This document shows, in pieces, positions 48,900 through 64,000 of a stretch of 64,000 nucleotides of DNA. The notes beneath the pieces were generated by a model, which did not search any database, was not told the DNA's origin, and saw only the letters and a list, made by a program, of their open reading frames with translations. This stretch comes from Anthoceros angustus. Taxonomy: Eukaryota; Plantae; Anthocerotophyta. The stretch covers positions 433,884 through 497,883 of the forward strand of contig MU008180.1 of assembly GCA_010909165.1 (NCBI GenBank), read 5' to 3'. Positions within the stretch are counted from its first letter, which is position 1, and the number at the start of each line of letters is the position of its first letter. The translations under genes were made by a program, and so were the position numbers.

Positions 48900-50751
48900 A
48901 TGGAAAGCTCTTCAAAGGCTCTGCTGGACCGTGTGGTGGAGGACAGGCCATGGCAACTCAAGGCCAGCAATTTCAGGGCCCCTGGACAGGAGCGGCCGCA
49001 CAGTCCGCAGAACTCACCGACTGCATACCTCACTGACTGCCTTAAGAAATTCGGTAGGTGTTCTGGCCTTCGCACTTTGTACGCTAGTTGTAACTGTGTG
49101 TTGAAGGATGTTTCATGTTTTGTTGGATTGGAGGGGGTATGTTGAGGTATAATGGATTCATGTTTCGGTTTCCCTAGGTCCATTTGGATCTTTCGCAACT
49201 GTAAGGGTGATCAGGGTGGGTTGGAATGAGAAGTTCTCCTGGTTTTTTCATGTGGTTTTGTCATGTGCCATGTTGGTTGGCAGGGGGGGCCAGTGGTGTT
49301 GAGGAGTACTACCAGCAACAGGACGAGATGTTGGAGGGGTTTACGGAAATGGATAGCATTTCGGATGGGGGCTATCATGGATTGTCACAGGTAGCCCTCT
49401 GTGGTATACTTTTGTAATTGTTCAAGTCAGTGAGAACAGCGGAATCAAGTGCTGACGATGATAGTTTATGTTGTGCTGAAGATGTTTTCTGTTTTCTGTT
49501 GCTGTGCAGGAGGAGCGGGAGGCCAGAGCCAAGGGGGAGACTATGGCAATCCGGATCTCTAACCTTGCCAACCTTGTTCTGTTTATTGCAAAGGTCTATG
49601 TATCCGTAAGGAGTAAATCTTTGGCTATTATCGCATCAACTTTGGACTCGTTGCTGGACTTGCTATCTGGTTTCATTCTTTGGCTCACGGCGTTCTCCAT
49701 GCAAAGACCAGACCGACATTTGTACCCCATTGGGAAAAAGCGCATGCAGCCTGTGGTGAGTGGTGTACTCGCTTTTTGAGCTGTGTCGCGTGAAAAATTC
49801 AAAGGTGCAGAAGCTCAGTCCCTCCAGTGGTGGTGTATTGTGCAGGGGATTCTTGTCTTCGCGGTGGTCATGGCAATGCTTGGAGTACAAATCCTTGTGG
49901 AAGCAGCACAGCAGCTGATATCCCAGGCAAGTAGTTTGCCCTGCCGACCAATTGCTGTCCAGTTTCTCATCTTGCTGGTTGGCTAGAAGTTAAACGCATA
50001 GTTGTTCTTCCAGTCTGGTCAGCAAATTTATGGGACATGACTCTGACTCTGGTTAAACATCGCTTTGTGCAGAACAATTCCATGTCTTTGTCTGGGGACA
50101 CATGGCCGTGGGTGATTGGAGTCATGGTCGGCGTCACTTTCGTGAAGCTGGCTCTTATGGTGTACTGCAGGATGTTTGAAAATGAAATCGTTCGAGCGTA
50201 TGCTCTGGATCACTTCTTTGATGTAGTGACCAACGCCATCGGGTTGTTAGCAGCTGTATTGGCAAGTAAAACCAACAAGTGGTGGATGGATCCGGCTGGT
50301 GCAGTACTGGTACGTGTGCTCATCTGTCATACTATTGGGCATACTGTAAGTAAGGCATGTCGTGCTTGTGGTCGTGTATGTGAACTGAAAGTGGTCTACA
50401 TGGCAGCTCGCTTTTTACACTATTCGCACATGGGGGTTGACTGTATGGGAGAATGTAACATCATTGGTTGGCAAAACCGCGCCTCCGGAATTTCTTCAGA
50501 AGCTGACTTACCTCTGCTGGAACCACCACAAAGACATCTTACAGATCGACACCGTGAGGGCATACACCTTTGGGGCACATTATTTCGCAGAAGTAGACAT
50601 CGTGCTGCCGGATGATATGCCCTTGAAGAGAGCTCATGATATCGGGGAGGCCCTACAGAACAAACTGGAGTCCCTGCCCGATATAGAACGTGCATTTGTG
50701 CACTTAGACTATGAGGTCACGCACAAGCCTGAGCATGGTATTGAGAAATAG
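48900..50751 (+). CDS. MTP11: Metal tolerance protein, Mn-CDF group (MTP9/10/11-like)
   Basis: Exons 48900-49053, 49284-49390, 49510-49755, 49846-49926, 50073-50309, 50408-50751. [63 protein letters not shown]. Confidence 0.93.
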
Positions 50752-51509
50752 ACGCAACCTATAAACCACACGGCTTTGAATCCTCTCTACCTAGTCTCTG
50801 TACTTCAGACGTATTTCATCTAAAATACAAGCTTCAGGTCAGGTTTCTGGTGTCTCCATTGCGAGTATCAAGCACAAGCTCGTATTACACATGACGTGGT
50901 CCAGAGTCTTCACTCATCAAAATCATCTCCAATCCTGCTCCGCATGCGGCGATGGATGGATCCTACGCCAACAACGGGATCATACAAGAACCCATCTCCT
51001 TATCTTTGCAAAAACCCATCTTTATCTCCCCCCCTACTCCCACGACTGCAACATGCAAGAAGCCTCCTACAACAACCCGTGGAAACACCGAAGCAGCAGC
51101 CACCCAAGCAGAGAAGCCGCCCCTCACATTCATAACGCCACTGGGCTCTTCAGCGGCCTGCAGCTCGGCAGCCCACCGCGATATCGTTGTCCTTGCCGAA
51201 TTACGGCGTTCTCGGACACGCCGCCGGACGGCGCCGGCCGGGTGTCCGGCACCGAAGGAAGGATCGCCCGGGCAGCAGCCGCCAGGAGGGTGGTGGTATG
51301 GAGGGGGCCGGCACAGACAGGTGAGCGCGGTGCAGGGGACCGTGGTGATCGCACTGTGCAGCGAGCAGGGAGCGCGGACACGGCCCACTGGCTGAACGGA
51401 CCCTAGAGGAGCTCGTGTACAAAGGACTAACCTCCTGATATGTACTATAGGAAAATACAAGGAGACTTGCAGTGAGCCCTGCCCCATGTCCTCCGTACAC
51501 TACCAGGAT

Positions 51510-54670
<3,161 letters not shown>

Positions 54671-55317
54671 GGATGCAACACACTTCCCAACCTCGAACTC
54701 CAACTTTCAGTGCCTAAACCCTAATGCTAACACTAACTCGACAATCCAACAGTTTCATCCGCTCCCCCATAAAATACATACAGATCTAGGAGAAGCTCTG
54801 TCTGGGTAGATACATCTGTTTCATCCTATCGTGCTCGCTTCCGAGTGATGTCGAATTTAATCTGTTCTGAATACTCGCAGCTAGCTGTCGCATGTACAAC
54901 CTTGCGAGCCTTCAGACTACGTTATACGATTTCAAAATTTCCAGAACGCCTCGTTCCGAAAGACTAACGTGAATCACACGCGATTTCTACTTCGCTTGGG
55001 ATGGCTTGCGTTAGGGCTGCTCGATATAAGGAATGTAAGCTTGCCTATTAAGGCTTGCAATTGAGAAATGAATTCCGACAGGATTTTGCCCAGTCTGCCT
55101 TTCGATCGCAGCTTGCTGAGCTGATACGTGCGCTGCGAGTCCAGCTTTGTAGTGTGTTCACACACTGCATGCAGACTCCCTTTGTCCTTCAGGGTTTGTG
55201 AAAGTGTTGCAAGGAGCCAGCGTAAGCGGAGCAGGGGACTTTTTGTTGTCCTGTTGACGACTAGTAGTGGGATCCCCAGCTGTCGCTGGAAAGGGCGAGT
55301 GAGATAATCTGCGCGAC

Positions 55318-56104
55318 ATGGCGTACAGGTGAGCCCGTTGGCCGAATTTTTCGGGTGGCCTGTTGCTGCTCTGGGGAGGGAGGGAGTGAGCACAGGTTAT
55401 GGGGTTTCACGGAGATCGAACCCTCGGATTGCCGTTTACTGGTTTGTAGGGCTCATGCGGGGGGTGTGCTTTGCAGAGATTCTCGGGGAACTCGTGCTGC
55501 GTTGTTCGACGACCTAGAAGATGGAGGGGCTCGGGTTGCGTCGTCTTTCTACAGCTCCAATGAGATTGCCGAGGTGGAGAATGAGCAGGCTTTGGGAGAA
55601 CTTCAAGATCGAGTCAAGTTGTTGAAAATGGTACGGCGTATGTGCAATGGTGCAAGTGGAGGCTGAGATTTAAGAGACTCTGATCTCTTAGCTGACTTGG
55701 CTTCGTCTCGTCTGGCGTTGCTGCAGCTGAGCTCTGATGTGCATAATGAGGCGCAGACGCACAACAGGTTGCTGGATCGTCTGGTAAGACGAGTTCCTAC
55801 ACACGTAGTTGCTTCTTCAGCAGATGCGTCCCCTGCTGTTTGTTGATTCTGGATGTGTGGTATGCTTGCAGGGCATTGATATGGAGGCATCCAGAGGGAC
55901 GATGTCCGGTGTTGTGGATCGTATGACTGCCGTAAGCTAAGCAAAACCCACGAGATTCTCGTCCTTCCGATCCGCTCCGGACTTTTCTTACGGTTGATGT
56001 GTGTAAACTTGTAGGTGTTCAGCACGAAGTCGAGTCGGAAGATCGTGACCATTTCCGCTTCCTTTGTTTGCTTGCTTCTCCTTGCGTACTTTCTGACGAA
56101 GTGA
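55318..56104 (+). CDS. BET1: Bet1-like Qc-SNARE (BET11/12)
   Basis: Exons 55318-55328, 55477-55630, 55727-55783, 55872-55931, 56015-56104. RAALFDDLEDGG...ENEQALGELQDRV...HNRLLDRLGIDM, C-terminal TM anchor. Confidence 0.93.
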
Positions 56105-57123
56105 ATTGTCTAATTTTTCTGAATTCTGTACAGGACAGAGAATTTTGTAGATGTTGGATTGATTGTAGAATTGGTACTTGTACAGCAAGAGCCCTAAATG
56201 AGCTGACTCTGTAGATGTTTTGCTTGAACCTGTTTCGTCTGCCACATATTTATGGTCTCGTACATGAGAGCGACAGATGCGCCCAGGAACAACCTGTCAG
56301 GTGTCTCTTTCGATCAGTCTGCAGGTTGGGCAACAGAAGGCAATGCACCAGACGTGGTTTGACCTGCCCTAACAGCAAAATCGCACGTATGCAGAAGTTT
56401 GTTTCAAAGTTCACACCCCTATTACCTAGAGGGATTCACACAGAATCCCACAATGTCTCTACTCCCGTCGGCCTCTATTCCGTAATCCAGCGCTGAACTT
56501 TCTTCTGAGGTGTTGCGTATTGATGAGCTTTGGTTGATGCTCTAGGCTAACATCATCAAAGCCCATCAACCCGCAACAACACAAAAAAAAGCCCATCATA
56601 CAGGACGCGCGTCCCATCAACATGACGTCAGATGTCATTGCCTGATGCCTGGGAGTGAAAAAGGCATAAGCACAAAGTTAAACCACAGTAAAACGCTGAA
56701 GCCACAACCTGCTCCACCATCTAAATCAATCACCCATGAATATTCAACACAACCAGAAATGCTTCTAACGGTGTGGAATAGAAATGACAAAATCAAGAGC
56801 AGTTCACTCCTCCATCCAAAATTTGGAAAAAAAACGACAAAGTATGCCTTTCGGAATCGACAATCTGGTCACTCCTCCAACTGCTCTCTTCCTACAACCC
56901 GCCTTCTGCAGGCGGCAGAACTCTTGCATTCAATAAAGTGACAATAGTTGTTACAAGAACCTGTCCATTGGTTTTTCATGGGAAACGAACAAGGTAGCTA
57001 GCATGGAGTTAAACTCACCACTCCCAGGGCCCAAGCATCGGCACGACTGCTCCAAAAAATTAGTTTTACACAAAAAGAAAAATGGTCAACACAAGATGGA
57101 GCCCGTTGCCCTTTTCTACCTAA

Positions 57124-58286
<1,163 letters not shown>

Positions 58287-59344
58287 TCCAGAATGAAAAA
58301 GCGCTGTGCCCCTGCGCCGCGAAGTCGTTTGCAAAAGAGTGGCAACTCTGAGTAAGTAGTGCGCCTCCTGTCACCACATTTAACGGCCCCCGTTCCGTTC
58401 CCACCAAACGCACCAGCCGGCGGTCCACTGTGCTGTCCTTGCTGCCCCTTGCCCTACGCGCTCTCCCATGTATTTCACACTTCACACTTCACACTTCACA
58501 CATGTTCATTATCTCCACAGGGCTTTCGAGGAAGAAAAACTCGCGTCGATTAAATTCGTCTTCAAAAAAATCATAAAATTGAAGAAAAGGAATCCATCTA
58601 TAAAATAAATAAATAATTTTAAGAAAACCAATTACAGGGTTAAGACTCTCTTCCATTCATATACAACTCCACAATGTTCACCTCTGATTATGAGTTAAAT
58701 TTTAAAGTGTGAGGAAGAATAATTTGCTTGAATGCAATGTGTACCATAATGTTGTTGTATTATAATATCCGATGGATATGATAAGGCAATAAATGTCTAT
58801 AGAACAAGTAATAGAATCCTCACATACTATAAAGTGATAATTCAACCAGTTTTTTTGTATTGTACTACCTAGTATGTAGACTGTATGACATATAGTAGAA
58901 GTTTTTAGTGCCAACTATATTGTACTACCTAGTATATAGTATGGAACACATAAGAAATGTTCAATCAACTCTCTTGTACTACGTAGTATACGGAATATAA
59001 GAATAGGAGAACTCCAAGTAAATATATGCTAAGATTTAAAATAAATTACAAATCTCTCCTCAAGAAAGAGGATTGTGGAGGTAATGATCATATATTGTAA
59101 TTAAATATTTCAAGGCTACCTTTGGGCTAAAAAAGTAATTATCAATTAGTTGAGCTATGGTAAGATGTTGTTAGACTAAATACTTCAAGTTGTTCGTGAG
59201 TGGCTTGCGCCCCTTTGCTTCTCAGCTCTGTGAATGAGAAAACACATCCAGTGAATATGTCAGCTCTGTAGATGAGAAAGCATATCCAGTGAATATGACA
59301 TATCGCTAGTGTTTTTTTCCCCTCTAAGTTGCCAAAGAGTGTTA

Positions 59345-59870
59345 AAAGTGAACGTCGTCATGTGGGTTTCATGTGCCTTGTAGCAGCTTTCTTCCCTCTT
59401 GGTTGCCAACAAATGGAGGACTTGTGATGGGGCATTATCGAAAGTGAATATGAATGTCGTCACATGCGCTGTGAATATGAATGTCGTCACATGCGCTGTA
59501 TCAACAGCTTTTTACAAATGGAGTACTTATGATGGGACATTATCGAAAGTGAATGTGACGTTGTAACAGCTTTCTTCCCTCTTGGTTGCCAATAAATGGA
59601 GGACTTATGATGGGGCATCGTCGAAAGTGAATGTGAATGTCGTCACATGTGCTATAGCAACAGCTTTTTCCCTTTTTGGCTGACAACAATTGGTGGAGGT
59701 TGTGATGAGACATAATCAAAAGTGAATGTCGTGATGTACCTTGGAGCCTTTTTTCCCGACCAATGAACTTGTGATGAGAAGTTTTCAAAAGTTAAGCTGT
59801 TAGGTACCTTGTGGCTTTTCTACGCGAGGAAGACTTATCATGAGACATTGTCAAAAGTGGATGTCATCAT
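59345..59870. repeat. Degenerate 65-105-bp minisatellite array (~6-7 units)
   Basis: AAAGTGAA...GTCGTCA...CAGCTTT...AAATGGAGGACTTRTGATGGGGCAT recurring at about 59345, 59441, 59546, 59624, 59718, 59787, 59853. Confidence 0.8.
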
Positions 59871-60957
59871 ATACTTCACTGCCATGATAAGCTCAGATAG
59901 ACTTACATTATTAGGCTATATAAAAAGTTAATAAAATACTATAAATAATATATATTTCTCTTATTGAAGTATAATAGAATAAATACACAATAATATTTAT
60001 ATTAGTACAATAATATATTACTATAAAAGTTTTGAAATATTAAAAGTAGGTCATGACTTTCTCTATGTAGCCATGTCGGACACGGCTTTCTCTATGCAGT
60101 TGCGCCACAGCTTTCTATATTGATAATAACCACATATTGCTTTCTCTATGCAAAGATGAACTAGTGACAGGATGTATTGAGAGAGACCTAGATATACCTG
60201 GCAAGGACTAGTCACCGGCCGTATTAAGAGAGACCTGGATATACGGGGACATCGAAGGAGACCCAAGGGTAAGAGCAAGAGGAGCAAGACTAAACTAGTC
60301 CAGACAATTTCTTCTTCTTATAATATAGATTATGTAAAATATTTAAAATTAAATACACTAATAAGAAGCCAATTTCTCTCTAGAAATTACTCATGATTTC
60401 CTATAAAGCATGGCAAGCGCGGGGTGGATGAAGGGGTGGTGGTTAGAGAGATCATCATACTAACTTTTACAGTGTGTGACCAAATAGGCCACCCATGATT
60501 GCATCAATACATACGGTCATATACTGATGGCACCCTCATGCACTCTCATGTTGGTTGTGTGGATGCAACAACTGGACTCAATGCATAACACGCCACTTTT
60601 GGCCTTGTTATGCAGTCGTACTAGCTTGGTAAATTCTAGTGAGAGAAAGTTACATTTATTTTTAATCTAAAGATAAAATATTATTTCCCTTACATTATAC
60701 AAAAGAAAGTAAAATAAGATAAAAGGTAGTAAAATAAGTAACATAACAACAAATAAATGTCCATAATATCATGTAAGTACCCATAACACTGGGTAAATAC
60801 TAGTAGCTCGATTCACATAAAATCGAGTAAATCTCTTTCCTAAAAAAACATAACACCGAGAAAAACTCAAGAATAAACTAATGCCTGGTATGAAAAATAT
60901 AACATAAAAAAAAACCAAAGATTGAAGAAAGTATGGGCATACCTCATCACTTGCGAA

Positions 60958-61035
60958 CATGTGAGCTTCACTTCATGCTAAGCAAAAAGAAATTCCATGT
61001 GAGCTTCACTTCATGCTAAGCAAAAAGAAATTCCA
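60958..61035. repeat. Perfect 38-bp tandem duplication
   Basis: CATGTGAGCTTCACTTCATGCTAAGCAAAAAGAAATTC x2. Confidence 0.93.
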
Positions 61036-62447
61036 CGGGTCAGACCCTTGTAAAATAAAGAAAACAATAGTAAACCAAAATCAAACAAACATAACAAACA
61101 GCAGTACAACACAACATGCACAAATCACTCAAAATAAGTCAGCCCAGACTTACTCCTGCACTTGAAGAGGGAACGGATCTTCATTACAAGTTAAGAGAAC
61201 AGAATGTCCTACCTGATCAGAACCTTGCAAAACAGTGTAGACAGAATATGATAGGAAACAGAAGTCGACGGGACTACAGCAAATACAGGAAGGGCTATAA
61301 ACATGCACATTGTCAGATAAGGCAACACGAACCTGGCAGCCCTCAATAGGAAGATCTGCACGAACCAGAACGTAGAGCACAGCATGAGCAAAACAAAGCG
61401 AAACATTCATCGTCCCACCAGCAGCAAGAGACAGCAACATGGCAAGCACAATGGAGGAAGGGGTAAACCGTGAAGAAAGTGGAGTTGTCCTCGTTGCCCC
61501 CACTCGTATCAGCTATTGCAAGCGCCTGACAAGGAGCAGGAGAGCAATCAACTGTGATCAGCCACCCACAAGCACCTGATGTGCTTGTACACGCCTGGTC
61601 ACATGTTTCCATCAGATGCAAACATGCGATTAACCTGCTGGCAACCCGACAGGATGTGGAACGCTGTCGGCATATGAGCACCAGTATGCGGAATGGTGGA
61701 TACATATTACGATCCCGCATAGCGAAGGAAGCTTTGGGCGCATCGCTGTACACGTGGTGCTGTACATGTTGTGGTGTGTGGAAGCGGCCATATCAAACAC
61801 ATTTGTGAGGGCACTGGTTGTACAATCAGATCCCCAGACAGGCAATAAGCTACCAGGTATGTACTCGATATTTCCGAGGTATGTATGTACTTCTGCAGGT
61901 CTCTGTTAAGCCCGCAGCTTCTTGTCACTGTTCGTGCTAGCTTATATCTGTTGCTGCAGGCGAGACGAGACATGACAATGCGCAAGACATTTGGCTCATT
62001 CTCTGGCCAGTGACGAATGACTTGCGCATTTTGAGGCTCTCTGCTGTGACTGGAGTCCTTGTGAACAAACAACCAGCAGGGTTGGGGGCACGTGTTGTGT
62101 TGCCGTCTTGTTCATGAGCGAGCAGAGATCCCGCATTTTTCATAAGAGACTATCACGTTTGAACCACAGCCAATGAACCTCTGAAGCTTTGCCGCCCAAT
62201 CACATGAATATTCAGTGCGTCCAAGTGTAGAACTGCTTCGTGTCAGGCCCTTTGGCCAGGGGCGTGGTGGAGTGCAAGCTCCCCAAGTGTAAGGCTTCGT
62301 GGCAACGATGTGGGGAATCACCTCTCAACCTGCGCAACGTTTGTGCCTGATTACCTGCTAATGAATGCAATTTACCATCCTTCCCTCCGCTCGGGCACAT
62401 CTGGACCAAGTCAGTTCACATGCTGGATGCCCGCGCTGCAGGAAAGG

Positions 62448-62455
62448 CACGTGGC
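62448..62455 (+). promoter_or_regulatory. G-box/ABRE (CACGTGGC) upstream of ELIP
   Basis: Consensus ABRE about 230 bp before the ELIP ATG, followed by CCAAT (about 62473) and a TATA-like CATAAAA (about 62507). Confidence 0.5.
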
Positions 62456-62678
62456 CAGGGCATCGTCCATGGCCAATTGGCACCCTCCTCTCCCTCCCTC
62501 GAGCTGCATAAAAGCACGGTGCCTGTTCCAACCATTCCAACCGACACCTCCCATTGCACCATCTCGACTCCCGCAACATCGATCATTCAGCTAGCACTCC
62601 AGCCATCTGACTCATCCGCCACATCGTGTGAACGTTGCTACTGCCAGTGCACACTCACGCGAGGACTACTTCGCCAAA

Positions 62679-63465
62679 ATGGCAACGATGGTACAGACTT
62701 CCAGCCTCGCAAGGTCGCCATTGGCAGCCATCCGCGGGTCGCCTGCAGCTCTCCGGGCTGGGCAGAGACTGAACCTGGGCCTGCAGTCCAGGAGAGGCCT
62801 GGCCATCCGTGCAGTGCAGCAGCAGAATAAGGACACCCCTCTGGTGCGTGGATCATACAGATAGAGCCCTGATTGTCTTTGCAGCTTGCAATTCTGGGTG
62901 GGTTCGCTCGATTTCTGATCCTGCTTGTTCCTGCTCCTGCTCCTGTCGGCGCTGGTGCATGCAGCCGCAGACGAAGGTGGATATCACCGAGCAGGACGTG
63001 AAGAACAACGAGGGGCAGGAGCCGTTGCGGGTGTTCGACGGCTCCCCCGCGGCCCAGTTCTTCCGGCCCGAGAGCGAGAGGAGGCCGGAGCTGGGGAACA
63101 AGTCCGTGGAGAGCGTGATGAAGTTCGACGGGCCCGCCCCCGAGACCATCAACTCGCGCCTCTCCATGCTGGGCATCACCTGGGCGTTCATTGCCGAGGT
63201 TCTCACGGGCCAGAGCGTGGTGCAGCAGGTGACGGATAGCACCGGCCTGCTCTGGTTCCTGGCGGCTGCCCCCATTGTGGTGTGGGCGTCTTTCGTTCCC
63301 ATCTTCGGCAGCGGGGAGTCGCCCGACAGCAGAGCCGCAGGCCCATTCAATGCCAAGGCCGAGAGATGGAACGGCAGGGCAGCCATGATCGGATTCGTGT
63401 CGCTCCTCGTCACCGAGCAATTTCTGTTGCACGGCCCTCTCCTCGGGTTCCTGCACTCCTCCTAG
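62679..63465 (+). CDS. ELIP: Early light-induced protein (LHC-like, three helix)
   Basis: Exons 62679-62843 and 62965-63465. Transit peptide, FDGPAPETINSRLSMLG and AERWNGRAAMIG chlorophyll-binding motifs. Confidence 0.95.
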
Positions 63466-63507
63466 ATCCGGCTTAGCTCCAGTCTTGTGTACATTATCCT
63501 GCAACCG

Positions 63508-63639
63508 TAGCTCTGTTTTGGTGAACCTTATGCTTTCGTAGACCCAAGCTCCATAGCTCCGTTCTTGTGAACCTTATGCTTTCATAGACCTAAGCTCCCT
63601 AGCTCTGTTCTGGTGAGCCTTATGCTTTCATAGACCCAA
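63508..63639. repeat. 46-bp tandem repeat x3 between convergent 3' ends
   Basis: TAGCTCYGTTYTKGTGARCCTTATGCTTTCRTAGACCYAA at 63508, 63554, 63600. Confidence 0.9.
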
Positions 63640-63776
63640 ACTGTACATTGTTGTCGCTTGGACTCATCAAGCTGTACATTCGTTGTTGCTTGTCCAAGGA
63701 CTTCAAAACTGTTAACCATGTTGCGGATGCATACAAGAAATGCCTAAATGCAAAGTGACAATTTTCTCGATGCTCG

Positions 63777-64000
63777 TCAATGGCGATCACCACATGAACA
63801 AGAACCCTCCACAAACTTATGTACCCTATGCGCATCTCTAACAATGATCTCTCGTTTCTCAAGATGTGAGAGAATCTTCGTGCTGCTGTGGCAGTCGTTG
63901 CACATCCGAAGGTTCTTGGTGACTAGCAAAGTGGTACCTTCTGGGGTGTTGAGAAGCCCATATGCCAAGGCAAGTTTCTCTGCGTGTCCGCACAGAGAGT
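63777..64000 (-). CDS. C-terminus of a PPR-DYW protein, DYW:KP/DRH-type deaminase domain (partial)
   Basis: SLCGHAEKLALAYGLLNTPEGTTLLVTKNLRMCNDCH...RDAHRVHKFVEGSCSCGDRH-stop. The HxE and CxxC zinc motifs are intact. Confidence 0.93.
   Translation of the reverse strand, partial: SLCGHAEKLALAYGLLNTPEGTTLLVTKNLRMCNDCHSSTKILSHLEKREIIVRDAHRVHKFVEGSCSCGDRH

Noticed and set aside
59345-59870. Repeat array as a CRISPR-like locus
   Set aside because: Units are degenerate throughout with homologous rather than unique spacers, there are no cas genes, and the context is eukaryotic.
61100-62420. Short Cys-rich ORFs upstream of ELIP
   Set aside because: Could not be joined into a credible gene or matched to a family.

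Overview
Gene-dense nuclear DNA from a land plant, with short GT-AG introns (about 70-300 bp). It is most likely a hornwort (Anthoceros-like). This is inferred from a PLS-class PPR protein built from elongated 'LL' motifs and from a DYW:KP-type deaminase domain (HAEKLA...CSCGDRH) at the right edge. Left to right: the 3' ~8.3 kb of a giant Sen1/Upf1-helicase + UvrD-helicase + TPR (TRANK1-like) gene followed by decayed fragments of itself; an intronless LRR receptor kinase with a WAK-like kinase; RPS12; a small secreted PAN/apple-domain protein; CLB1/SYT7; cytochrome c; a CACTA relic; a PLS-E+ PPR; an organellar guanylate kinase whose first exon is paralogous to the adjacent CAF gene; CAF; panB/KPHMT with a duplicated presequence; an HCF153-like gene; an intronless ABCC transporter; a PPR pseudogene abutting a GCN5 fragment; a Mn-CDF (MTP); GCN5; BET1; NDUFS8; AT-rich repeats; ELIP; and the end of a DRH-type PPR-DYW gene. 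The most interesting leads are: (i) a RelE/ParE-toxin-like module between the two intact helicases; (ii) the CAF-derived N-terminus on guanylate kinase; (iii) the LRR/WAKL-kinase chimera; (iv) the stand-alone apple-domain protein; (v) the U-to-C-type editing factor. All gene models were spliced by eye and no searches were run.
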